The notes under the pieces are model-generated. The model worked only from the letters and a program-made list of their open reading frames with translations, did not search any database and was not told the DNA's origin. The position numbers and the translations under genes are program-made. From Nitrosospira multiformis ATCC 25196 (GTDB lineage Bacteria; Pseudomonadota; Gammaproteobacteria; Burkholderiales; Nitrosomonadaceae): 32,000 nt of DNA. How positions within the stretch are numbered: the first letter of the stretch is position 1; the number at the start of each line of letters is the position of its first letter. The DNA is taken from assembly GCF_000196355.1 (NCBI RefSeq), contig NC_007614.1, forward strand, positions 2,010,001 to 2,042,000, read 5' to 3'. Positions 17,930-26,279 of the stretch are shown in pieces.

Positions 17930-18781
17930 CTATATCAGCCAGTAAACAAATATGAACAGGCCCAGCCAGACCACGTCCACGAAGTGCCAATACCAGGCGA
18001 CGCCTTCAAAGCCGAAATGATTCTCGGGTGAAAAGTGGCCCTTCAGCACACGGCACCAGATGACGAACAACATAATGGAGCCGACCGTCACGTGGAAGCC
18101 GTGGAAGCCGGTCAGCATGAAGAACGAGGCGCCATAGGCTCCCGTAGTTAACTTGAGATTCATCTCCGAGTAGGCGTGCCCGTACTCGTACGCCTGCAGT
18201 CCCACGAAGAGAAATCCGAGGGCGAATGTAAGAAACAGGCCCAGTTTGAGCTGCCCGCGCTTGTTCAGCTTCAGTGCCCAGTGCGCCCAGGTGACGGTCA
18301 CGCCCGAGGTCAGCAGCAGCAGGGTATTGAGCGCGGGGAGACCCCAAGGCCCCATCGGCATGAATTTCTCGGTGATTCCGGGACCTGCCGTGGGCCATTC
18401 GGCGGTGAAGTCGGGCCACAGTATTTTGTTGTCCAGGTCGGCAAGGTCCGGAACGGAATGCATGCGCATGTAATACAGCGCGCCAAAAAAAGCCCCGAAA
18501 AACATGACTTCCGTAAAGATGAACCAGCTCATTCCCCAGCGGAAAGACTTATCGACCTGCTTGTTGAATTTGCCGCTCTCGCTTTCGCGGGCAACGGTGC
18601 TAAACCATCCGAAAAGCATGTAGACGAGTATGGCAAAGCCCGTCGCCAGCAATCCATAACCCAGGGGAAGCCGGTTGACGGAAAATGCGGCGCCGAAACC
18701 CATGAATAACAGCGCGATTGCACCGGTTATTGGCCAGGGTGACGGCGCCGGAACGTAGTAATGACTCGCTTCTTGACTCAC
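17930..18781 (-). CDS. ctaE: cytochrome c oxidase (aa3) subunit III
   Basis: 283 aa, GTG start. HYYVPAPSPWPI..., FHGFHVTVGS and WYWHFVDVVWL are typical of CoxC/CtaE. Confidence 0.95.
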   Translation of the reverse strand: MSQEASHYYVPAPSPWPITGAIALLFMGFGAAFSVNRLPLGYGLLATGFAILVYMLFGWFSTVARESESGKFNKQVDKSFRWGMSWFIFTEVMFFGAFFGALYYMRMHSVPDLADLDNKILWPDFTAEWPTAGPGITEKFMPMGPWGLPALNTLLLLTSGVTVTWAHWALKLNKRGQLKLGLFLTFALGFLFVGLQAYEYGHAYSEMNLKLTTGAYGASFFMLTGFHGFHVTVGSIMLFVIWCRVLKGHFSPENHFGFEGVAWYWHFVDVVWLGLFIFVYWLI

Positions 18782-18835
18782 TTTTTTCTCTCTTTAGAGT
18801 TTGATCGATAAGATGCCGACTGGTTTCGACAGCAG

Positions 18836-18979
18836 CTATTGCCAAAAATATTGCATAAGGGGCACCACCAGAGAGAAAGCCAGCGCATAAAGAGCCGTTC
18901 TGATTGCTGAGAGCTTCCTCTCGATCTCCTCGTCTTCCGACAGGCTTACGGGTTGCGGCATATCCATATTTTTCGACAT
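18836..18979 (-). CDS. 47-aa single-TM protein between ctaD and ctaE (possible cytochrome oxidase small assembly protein)
   Basis: Translated by hand: MSKNMDMPQPVSLSEDEEIERKLSAIRTALYALAFSLVVPLMQYFWQ*. SD AACAGGAGA 6 nt before ATG 18979. Below the ORF-track size cut-off. The position matches where small oxidase assembly peptides sit in related operons. Confidence 0.5.
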   Translation of the reverse strand: MSKNMDMPQPVSLSEDEEIERKLSAIRTALYALAFSLVVPLMQYFWQ

Positions 18980-19009
18980 GACGATCTCCTGTTTATATCG
19001 ATTAGCGGA

Positions 19010-20599
19010 CTACTTCACGAGCGGCGGCGTTTCAAAGCTGTGATACGGCGCCGGCGAGGGCAGGGTCCACTCCAGTGTTTTTGCACCCTCCCACGGTTTC
19101 TGGGGCGCCTTTGCTCCTCCGCGAATGCACTTCAGCACTACATAGAGGAACAACAATTGGGTCGTACCGAATCCGAATGCTCCTATGCTGGAAATCATGT
19201 TGAAGTCCGCAAATTGCAGCGCATAGTCGGGGATGCGGCGCGGCATGCCGGCCAATCCCAGGAAGTGCTGCACGAAGAAGGTGAGGTTGAAGAAGAACAT
19301 CGACAACCAGAAATGCCATTTGCCCAACGTCTCGTCATACATGTGACCCGTCCACTTGGGCAGCCAGTAGTACGCTCCGGCGAAGATGGCAAAGAGCGAA
19401 CCGGATACCAGCACGTAGTGGAAGTGCGCGATCACATAGTAGGTATCCTGCACCTGCACATCGATCGGGACAATAGCGCAGACCACGCCGCTAAAACCTC
19501 CGATGACGAACAGGAAAATGAAGCCGATGGAAAACAGCATGGGTGTTTCAAAGGTCATGGAACCACGCCACATCGTGGCGGTCCAGTTGAATACCTTCAC
19601 GCCCGTCGGAACCGCGATCAGCATGGTGCCGTACATGAAGAACAGTTGTCCGGTTACAGGCATGCCTGCGGTGAACATATGGTGCGCCCAGACGATGCAG
19701 GAAAGAATGGCGATGGAAGCAGTTGCATACACCATCGAGGAATAACCGAACAGCGGTTTGCGGGAAAAAGCGGGAATTACCTCGGAGACAATGCCGAATG
19801 ACGGCAGGATCATGATGTAGACTTCCGGGTGACCGAAGAACCAGAAAACATGCTGGAACAGCACGGGATCACCCCCACCCGCCGCATTGAAGAAATTGGT
19901 GCCGAAGTTACGGTCGGTCAGCAGCATGGTCACCACACCGGCGAGCACCGGCATGACCAGCACCAGCAGATAAGCGGTAATCAGCCAGGTCCACACGAAC
20001 ATGGGCATCTTCATCAGGGTCATGCCAGGGGCGCGCATGTTGAGAATGGTGGTGATGATGTTGATCGAGCCCATGATGGAAGAGGCGCCAAGTATATGAA
20101 TGGCGAAAATCATCATGTCCATCCCGATGCCCATTTGGACCGACAGCGGAGGATAGAAAGTCCAGCCCCCGGCAGCAGCGCCGCCGGGCACGAAGAAAGA
20201 AGCGATGAGCAACAATGCCGCAGGAGGCAGCAGCCAGAAGCTCCAGTTGTTCATTCGCGCGAAGGCCATGTCGGGAGCGCCGATCATCATCGGTATCTGC
20301 CAGTTGGCAAAACCGACGAAGGCCGGCATGATGGCGCCGAACACCATCACCAAGCCGTGCATGGTGGTGAGCTGGTTAAAAAATTCGGGATTGACGATCT
20401 GTATACCTGGCTGAAATAACTCGGCCCGGATGGTCAGCGCCATCACGCCCCCCGTGAGGAACATGATGAAGCTGAACCAGAGATAAAGCGTACCGATATC
20501 CTTGTGATTCGTGGTAGTCAGCCACCGCATCAGGCCGGTGGGGTGGTCGTGCGCGTGCTCGGCGCCATGCACGACATCGTGATCGGGTATTGCTGCCAT
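19010..20599 (-). CDS. ctaD: cytochrome c oxidase (aa3) subunit I
   Basis: Start at ATG 20599 (MAAIPDHD...) behind SD AAGGAGGAAACC. TNHKDIGTLYL, WFFGHPEVYI and HHMFT are heme-copper oxidase signatures. Confidence 0.97.
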   Translation of the reverse strand: MAAIPDHDVVHGAEHAHDHPTGLMRWLTTTNHKDIGTLYLWFSFIMFLTGGVMALTIRAELFQPGIQIVNPEFFNQLTTMHGLVMVFGAIMPAFVGFANWQIPMMIGAPDMAFARMNNWSFWLLPPAALLLIASFFVPGGAAAGGWTFYPPLSVQMGIGMDMMIFAIHILGASSIMGSINIITTILNMRAPGMTLMKMPMFVWTWLITAYLLVLVMPVLAGVVTMLLTDRNFGTNFFNAAGGGDPVLFQHVFWFFGHPEVYIMILPSFGIVSEVIPAFSRKPLFGYSSMVYATASIAILSCIVWAHHMFTAGMPVTGQLFFMYGTMLIAVPTGVKVFNWTATMWRGSMTFETPMLFSIGFIFLFVIGGFSGVVCAIVPIDVQVQDTYYVIAHFHYVLVSGSLFAIFAGAYYWLPKWTGHMYDETLGKWHFWLSMFFFNLTFFVQHFLGLAGMPRRIPDYALQFADFNMISSIGAFGFGTTQLLFLYVVLKCIRGGAKAPQKPWEGAKTLEWTLPSPAPYHSFETPPLVK

Positions 20600-20618
20600 G
20601 GTTTCCTCCTTGAGGCTA

Positions 20619-21752
20619 TTATCTGTGTTGATTGATTTCGGATGGCTGGACGGCATCGCCCGTCGAATTGCCGAAGGAATTGCGCTGGTAGGTGATCACC
20701 GAGGCAATATCCACGTCCGACAGATGCTTGAATGGCGCCATTGCCGTGCCGCTCTTGCCGTTCATGACGATATTGATGTGGCCGTCCTTGGGCCCGGTGG
20801 CAACCTTCGATCCGGCGATGGCGGGGAAGGTGCCGGGCACGCCCTGCCCGTTGGCCTGGTGACAGGCCGCGCAGTTGGCGTTATACACCGCTTCGCCCTT
20901 GGCCTTGAGCTCGTCCAGCCCGAACTCCTTGTTGACGTCCACCGCCACTGCCGCCAGCTTGGTTTTCTGCTCTGCCACCCAGGCAGCGTATTTCTCAGGC
21001 TCCACCGCCTCTACCACGATCGGCATGAAGCCATGCTCCTTGCCGCACAACTCGGCGCACTGGCCGCGATAGGTGCCGGGCTTCTCGATGTTGAACCACA
21101 CGTCACGGATGAAGCCTGGGATAGCGTCCTGCTTCACGCCTAGCGCCGGTACCCACCAGGCGTGCAGCACGTCATTGGCAGTGATCAGCACCCGCACTTT
21201 CTTGCCCGTCGGCACCACCAGGGGCTTGTCCACTTCCAGAAGATAATTCTCCCCCTTGGGCGCCGCATTCTCGATCTGCGCCTTGGGCGTGGCAAGAGCG
21301 CTCAGGAAACCGATCCCCTCCCCTTCACCCGTCAGGTAGTCATAACCCCATTTCCACTGATAACCCGTCGCCTTGACCGTGATGTCCGGGTTGGACGTAT
21401 CCTTCATGGCAATCACGGTCTTGGTGGCAGGAAAGGCCATGCCGATCAGGATCAGGAACGGGATCGCCGTCCAGATGATCTCGACCGTGGTGCTGTGATG
21501 GAAATTGGCCGCCTTATAGCCCTTGGATTTGCGATGCTGGACTACCGAATAGAACATCACGCCGAACACGCCGATGAAAATCGCCAGACAAATCCACAGA
21601 ACCAGCATGTGCTGGTCGTAGATCTGCTGGGCAATGGCTGTCTGCGGCTCGGGCAGATTTAACTGGTAGGGGTCGGCCGCCGCCATCGCCAGTCCGGGAT
21701 ACGTCACGTACGTCATGACTCCTGCAAGGGCGGAGGGTACGTTGATCTTCAT
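20619..21752 (-). CDS. ctaC: cytochrome c oxidase subunit II with fused C-terminal cytochrome c domain
   Basis: 377 aa. CuA site CAELCGKEHGFM. C-terminal CAACHQANG heme-c motif. Two N-terminal TM helices. Confidence 0.95.
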   Translation of the reverse strand: MKINVPSALAGVMTYVTYPGLAMAAADPYQLNLPEPQTAIAQQIYDQHMLVLWICLAIFIGVFGVMFYSVVQHRKSKGYKAANFHHSTTVEIIWTAIPFLILIGMAFPATKTVIAMKDTSNPDITVKATGYQWKWGYDYLTGEGEGIGFLSALATPKAQIENAAPKGENYLLEVDKPLVVPTGKKVRVLITANDVLHAWWVPALGVKQDAIPGFIRDVWFNIEKPGTYRGQCAELCGKEHGFMPIVVEAVEPEKYAAWVAEQKTKLAAVAVDVNKEFGLDELKAKGEAVYNANCAACHQANGQGVPGTFPAIAGSKVATGPKDGHINIVMNGKSGTAMAPFKHLSDVDIASVITYQRNSFGNSTGDAVQPSEINQHR

Positions 21753-21859
21753 GTTTTCCTCATTGATTCCCGAATATTTGGTTCACGAGTAGGGTTATTA
21801 AAGATAATCGGATTCTCTTATCCGGTATCGAATCGTATGCCTCGGCACGAGGTGAAACC

Positions 21860-21873
21860 TTGACTAATATCAA
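21860..21873 (-). promoter_or_regulatory. FNR/ANR-type box upstream of ctaC
   Basis: Minus strand reads TTGATattaGTCAA, matching 9 of 10 positions of TTGAT-N4-ATCAA. A TACGAT -10-like hexamer (21832-21837) begins 23 nt downstream, which is class-II (-41.5) geometry. The box centre is about 114 nt from the ctaC ATG. Confidence 0.4.
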
Positions 21874-22612
21874 CTTTTATCGAGGTTGAGTGGAAGGGAG
21901 CGAGCTGAGGTGATAAAGGGTGATACCAGGGATAGAGGAGGATAAATGGACTCGGCATATTCCGAGCGGGAGGGATCCGGTCCATCCCCTACCAAACCTT
22001 ATACGGCCCGAAATTCAGCGACAGAAGGGTGAAAAGAGGCGACTATCCGCGAGGGCATCGAAATACAGTGGAGGGTGGAAGCGAAAACCGCGACTCCCCA
22101 CCAAAATTGAATGGGCTACTTTGTTTGAAGGGCTTGAATCCGCACAGAAACGGCTAGCGAAGAAAAGAATGGGGCGGGAAACGCGGTGAAGCGCGATTCC
22201 GGGAAAAATCGCGGTGCCGCGTCAGTCTCTTCCGAAGAACCCAGGGTCGCTGCGAGATGCCAGGATCCTGCGGGCCTTCGCGACAGAGTCCGAATACCAG
22301 AGTGTCTCCATTTTGCTGTTGAAACAGGCTGATAACCCGCGGCTATCGCTTCCCGCTCGGCAGACCGCTCTCGGCAGCGGAGACCTCAAGTTCTCGCGTA
22401 CGCCCCACATTACCCGAGGCTATCTCATAGTCGTCATGGCTGACGACAGTCTTCCAGTTGAAGGGTGAGAGCGGTTGAGGGAAGGCGTGAACCTGAGCCT
22501 CCTTTAACCGATGGTTTTTTGACGTTGATCACATCACCGGCTCTATGAATGCCTATACCGAGCGCAGCGATGCAACAGAATGCCTGCCACGGATACGCGA
22601 AACGAACTACCC

Positions 22613-23233
22613 TTATGTACCCTGGGGCGCTTCTCCACTATCCGTTCTTTCTCCGCCGCGCCGATGGAAAAATAGCATTCGATCCAGGTTTTCACCTACG
22701 GACAGGCATCCATCCAGAAATCGGCTCGTCCTGGAAGAACCGGACGAACTGTCGTTCATCCAGTGAGCAAATGTCGCCAGATAAATTGAAGTAAGCGCAC
22801 TTTCTTCCAATGCGCGCCGGAGGTACGTAGCATCCCTCCCCGCAGCCTCCCGCATCCATTGCACAGTACGGCGGACGCGCATCAATCCGGGAATCTGAAC
22901 GTGCAGATGACCTGGCTCCAGTTTGCCATAGATCATTTGCCTTGTAGCCTTGCGGTAAGGGTAAAGAGACGCGAGCCAAGCCATGATCAGCCGGTGCAGA
23001 CGCTGCCGCGGCGTCAGGAAGGAAAAGTCCGGCGCCCGCGCTATCCGGAGCATCGCACTGTCTGCCCGCTCGAACCAGGCTTCAACGATATCCTCTTTCT
23101 CACGAAAATGCGCATGCACGTCATTCAGGGTGATGCCCAGCGCAGCTGCCACATCATGCAGGCGTACAGCCTCCCATGATTTCTGTTCGCCAAGCTCAAC
23201 TGCGGTGTTAACAATCTGATCAGCAGTCACCAT
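22613..23233 (-). CDS. TetR/AcrR-family transcription regulator
   Basis: ATG 23233 (MVTADQIVNTAVELGEQKSWEAVRLHDVAAALGITLNDVHAHFREKEDIV) carries a typical TetR N-terminal HTH. Confidence 0.85.
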   Translation of the reverse strand: MVTADQIVNTAVELGEQKSWEAVRLHDVAAALGITLNDVHAHFREKEDIVEAWFERADSAMLRIARAPDFSFLTPRQRLHRLIMAWLASLYPYRKATRQMIYGKLEPGHLHVQIPGLMRVRRTVQWMREAAGRDATYLRRALEESALTSIYLATFAHWMNDSSSGSSRTSRFLDGCLSVGENLDRMLFFHRRGGERTDSGEAPQGT

Positions 23234-23285
23234 TACCGATTTCCTATTACACAAATAATTGATTCATAAAGAAAATTTCAACAAA

Positions 23286-23302
23286 CTCTGATCTAGTCAG
23301 AG
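23286..23302. promoter_or_regulatory. 6-5-6 palindrome upstream of the TetR gene (candidate operator)
   Basis: CTCTGA tctag TCAGAG, 53-69 nt upstream of ATG 23233. Confidence 0.25.
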
Positions 23303-23460
23303 CAAAACGTAGCGCAAATCCCCATGCAACGGCAAGCATCTGTTAGGGATGCCTAATAAGGCCACGATTACCCCGGTGGAGAATTGCTGTTCACGCCGCA
23401 ATCGTGGTTGACGAAAAACAGCCTGTCGCTCCCAGGAGTAACCGCTGGCGCCACCACTTC

Positions 23461-23535
23461 TTAACGCAATCCGAGGAAACTCAAGACTGCGAGAAGGATA
23501 ACAATAAAACCCACCCACCAGATTATGTTGTTCAT
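23461..23535 (-). CDS. 24-aa hydrophobic peptide (resembles the first TM helix of UPF0391/DUF1328 proteins; possibly truncated)
   Basis: MNNIIWWVGFIVILLAVLSFLGLR* with a strong SD TAAGGAGG 6 nt upstream of ATG 23535. The rest of track ORF 23461..23643 looks non-coding. Confidence 0.3.
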   Translation of the reverse strand: MNNIIWWVGFIVILLAVLSFLGLR

Positions 23536-23819
23536 GCCTGCCTCCTTAAGTGGTTTATATTTAAATGATTGGGAGCTGTTCCGCCCGTCATTGAGGACTT
23601 TATTCTTGCTCTGATCAGGTTTTATTTCAGTTCGCCAACACACATACCCGGATTTGCAACTTCATCGTGGCCTGCGCATTGCCTTGCATCGCACGCCGCT
23701 TCTTCGTCATTTGCTTCTCTCATTAAATCAAAGTTACACGGAAATCTGCCAGGAAATGAACTACACTGAGTTCTGAATGTGAGGCAACCGAGATAACGAT
23801 CGCGATAAATGGAGGAACC

Positions 23820-24014
23820 ATGGCAAAAGCGAACCCGATTCAGGTCCAGAAATTCCTGTCTGGTGTGGATTACCCCGCGAACAAGGATGAACTCGTGGAT
23901 CATGCCAAATCCAAGGGCGCTGACGAGAATATAATGCAGACCCTCGAACAGTTGCCGGATGAGGACTATGAGACGCCCGCGGATGTAAGCAAGGCAATCG
24001 GGCAGATCAAATAA
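23820..24014 (+). CDS. DUF2795 domain protein (small general-stress-type protein)
   Basis: 64 aa. KFLSGVDYPANKDELVDHAKSKGADENIMQTLEQLPDEDYETPADVSKAIG matches the DUF2795 pattern. SD TGGAGGA. Confidence 0.8.
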   Translation: MAKANPIQVQKFLSGVDYPANKDELVDHAKSKGADENIMQTLEQLPDEDYETPADVSKAIGQIK

Positions 24015-24133
24015 ATCCGAGTGCCTTAGGGGCAGATAAAGTCCGCGAGAATTTACGTCTCCGAAGGATGAAACGTGCAGAGGCAATGAGACGATGCCGG
24101 GAATAGAGAACAATAATAACTTTTTTACTGACA

Positions 24134-25276
24134 TTGGCAGCACGTAATTTCCCCCCCGTTCTCCCTTTCTCACCCCGCAAAATCGCGGTTCTCCATGCCA
24201 AGGCGGTGGGTGACTTTATCGTCATCCTGCCCGCCCTGGATGCGATTAAACGGACATATCCCGAGGCAGAACTCATCCTGCTCGCCAAGCCGTGGGTAAA
24301 GGAATTCTTCTCCGGCCGCCCGTCGCCGGTTGACCGTGTTCTCAGCCTTCCCCCACTTGCCGGTGTCAATGATCCGGTTGAGTCCAAAGGCCGCGTTCCC
24401 TCCACAGGCAGCGGTGTCTACCCTGTCGAAGTAGAACTGTTCTGCCAAGCGATGCAAGGCGAGAAGCTCGATGTCGTCATTCATATGCAAGGGGATGGTA
24501 AATCCGTCAATCCCTTCATCAATAAATTTGCCGCCCGCGTGACGGCAGGCATGTGCAACCCGCCTGCCGAATCCCTCGACCGTTCCATTCCCTATGTGCA
24601 TTACCAGAGCGAGGTTCTGCGCAATCTCGAAGTGGCCTCCTTAATTGGCGCTCGTACCACGAGTACCGGATTCGAACCGCGCATCGAGGTGACGGAATCC
24701 GACGAACAGGAGACAGAATCGGTCCGCCAGACGATCAAGGGCAAACCCTATGTCGTTATCCACCCGGGCGCGGATGATATCCGCAGGGTATGGCCTGCAG
24801 TCAGGTTTGCCGAGGCCGCAGATTGCCTGCTCGAAAAAGGATATGCAGTTGTCGTGACAGGAACGCCGAAAGAAGAAGAGCGCGTGGCGACTGTCATTCG
24901 GGCCATGAGTCGGCCTGCGATTCCCTGTACCCGACTTGGCCTGTGCGGTCTGGCTGCCCTCTTACAGCATAGCGCGCTCGTCATCAGCAACGATACCGGC
25001 CCGCTCCATCTGGCACGCGCGGTGGGCGCACGTACAGTGGGAATTTACTGGGCCCCCAACATCCTCAACTGGGGTCCGCTCAGCCGCGACCGGCACCGGC
25101 TCGCGATCGGTTGGCAGCTTGAATGTCCCCAATGCGGCATCAGGCCTGTTTCGCCCTGGCCGTTTCAGCCGCAGACATCCGACTGCAGTCATCCGTACTC
25201 ATTCGTGGAAAGTGTACCGGTTGCAGAGGTTCTTGCATTGGCCACTGAATTATTGGGCCTGACGACTGAGCATTGA
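24134..25276 (+). CDS. glycosyltransferase family 9 (heptosyltransferase-like)
   Basis: 380 aa, TTG start. RKIAVLHAKAVGDFIVILPALDAIKRTYPEAELILLAKPW and VISNDTGPLHLARAVGARTVGIY are GT9 hallmarks. C-terminal CPQC...C-x-H motif. Confidence 0.85.
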   Translation: MAARNFPPVLPFSPRKIAVLHAKAVGDFIVILPALDAIKRTYPEAELILLAKPWVKEFFSGRPSPVDRVLSLPPLAGVNDPVESKGRVPSTGSGVYPVEVELFCQAMQGEKLDVVIHMQGDGKSVNPFINKFAARVTAGMCNPPAESLDRSIPYVHYQSEVLRNLEVASLIGARTTSTGFEPRIEVTESDEQETESVRQTIKGKPYVVIHPGADDIRRVWPAVRFAEAADCLLEKGYAVVVTGTPKEEERVATVIRAMSRPAIPCTRLGLCGLAALLQHSALVISNDTGPLHLARAVGARTVGIYWAPNILNWGPLSRDRHRLAIGWQLECPQCGIRPVSPWPFQPQTSDCSHPYSFVESVPVAEVLALATELLGLTTEH

Positions 25277-25300
25277 GCCCGAACACTAAGCCAGCGTTTT

Positions 25301-26278
25301 TCAGTGAGCATTCCGAACAAGATTGCTGACGACTCTTTGCCAGTCGTTGGCAAACCGTTGGATGCCGAATCGGCGGGTTGCGTACTCCCGCGCGTTTCGG
25401 CTCAATTCCCGCGCATGATCGTGATCGTCGAGCAGATAACGCATCCGTTCGATCAGCTTGTCCACGTCCGTTTCGACATAGCCCCTTTTGCCGTTTTCAA
25501 CCGCGGTGACCATCTCGGTTGTCGCAAGCCCTACGATGGGCAATCCCGTCATCATCGCTTCGCAGACGGATAGGCCGAGGCTGGTATAACGAATGGGGTT
25601 GAAGAAGAAACGATATCCGGCGACGAGAGCAGGCAGTTCCTCATGCGACACTTCCCCCAGGCCACCCAGTTCCGTTGACCCCATCCCCACCAGGTCCAAC
25701 GGTATCTGTTCACGGATTTTCTCGAATACATCGAGACCGAGGCGGCGACCGCGCTTGTGCATGTTGTTCACCACGACGATGCCTCTGGCGTGTTCTCCCG
25801 TATATTTCACGTTGTCCGGCACCATTACCCCATGATCGATGACGACGGTCGGTGTTCCGTTACTATCCCACATCAGGCGGTTGAAATCGGTTACGTGGAC
25901 CAGAAGCATGGAAGGATCGTCCACCCAGTGGGCAGTATTGGTTGGATGTTCCTGTGGGGGATCGTGTTCGAGGTAAATTTTGGGGAGCCGCCGCTGTGCC
26001 TCGGACAGGATTTCGTACTGGTCAATTTCGTAGTTCTTGCGATGCTGAAACAGGATCACGTCAAAATCGAGATCCTTCACCTGTTCGATGGGCACGTCGT
26101 GCACGTTGTCCCCCCAATCGAAACCGAGCGCGCGGCCGCCATAGCCTGCACCCTCTCCTTTAGGCAAATAAAACTCCAGCGGCGCCTGAGTGAGATAGTA
26201 AAGGTAGTTGCCATGAATATGCCAGGTAAGAACCCGCAATTTCTCCTCCTTTCTTCCTTGATTCTCCTTTACTTTCAT
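25301..26278 (-). CDS. GT-B fold glycosyltransferase (GT4-like)
   Basis: ATG 26278 (MKVKENQ...) sits 1 nt after the upstream gene's TAA. The C-terminal half has NPIRYTSLGLSVCEAMMTGLPIVG, matching the E-x7-E/GT4-like region. The N-terminal half is atypical. Confidence 0.75.
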   Translation of the reverse strand: MKVKENQGRKEEKLRVLTWHIHGNYLYYLTQAPLEFYLPKGEGAGYGGRALGFDWGDNVHDVPIEQVKDLDFDVILFQHRKNYEIDQYEILSEAQRRLPKIYLEHDPPQEHPTNTAHWVDDPSMLLVHVTDFNRLMWDSNGTPTVVIDHGVMVPDNVKYTGEHARGIVVVNNMHKRGRRLGLDVFEKIREQIPLDLVGMGSTELGGLGEVSHEELPALVAGYRFFFNPIRYTSLGLSVCEAMMTGLPIVGLATTEMVTAVENGKRGYVETDVDKLIERMRYLLDDHDHARELSRNAREYATRRFGIQRFANDWQRVVSNLVRNAH

Positions 26279-26279
26279 A

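Noticed and set aside
18953-20419. Plus-strand ORFs of 282 aa and 196 aa with striking His/Arg/Gln richness
   Set aside because: Both are antisense to ctaD. The His-rich composition is the mirror image of the hydrophobic codons of subunit I.
21920-22189. 89-aa very basic plus-strand ORF (GTG start) in the ctaC-tetR spacer
   Set aside because: It is rich in rare codons (ATA, AGG, CGA, CTA), has no SD in frame and shows no family resemblance. It is kept only as part of the gene-poor-region finding.
23622-24173. 183-aa minus-strand ORF
   Set aside because: It overlaps the DUF2795 gene on the opposite strand, and that gene has a clear family pattern and SD. This ORF has neither an SD nor a recognisable domain.
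25120-25200. CPQC...C-x-H motif of the plus-strand GT9 as a TibC-like iron-finger indicating protein heptosylation
   Set aside because: As far as I recall, Cys-rich C-terminal motifs are widespread in ordinary GT9 LPS heptosyltransferases. The motif alone does not discriminate.
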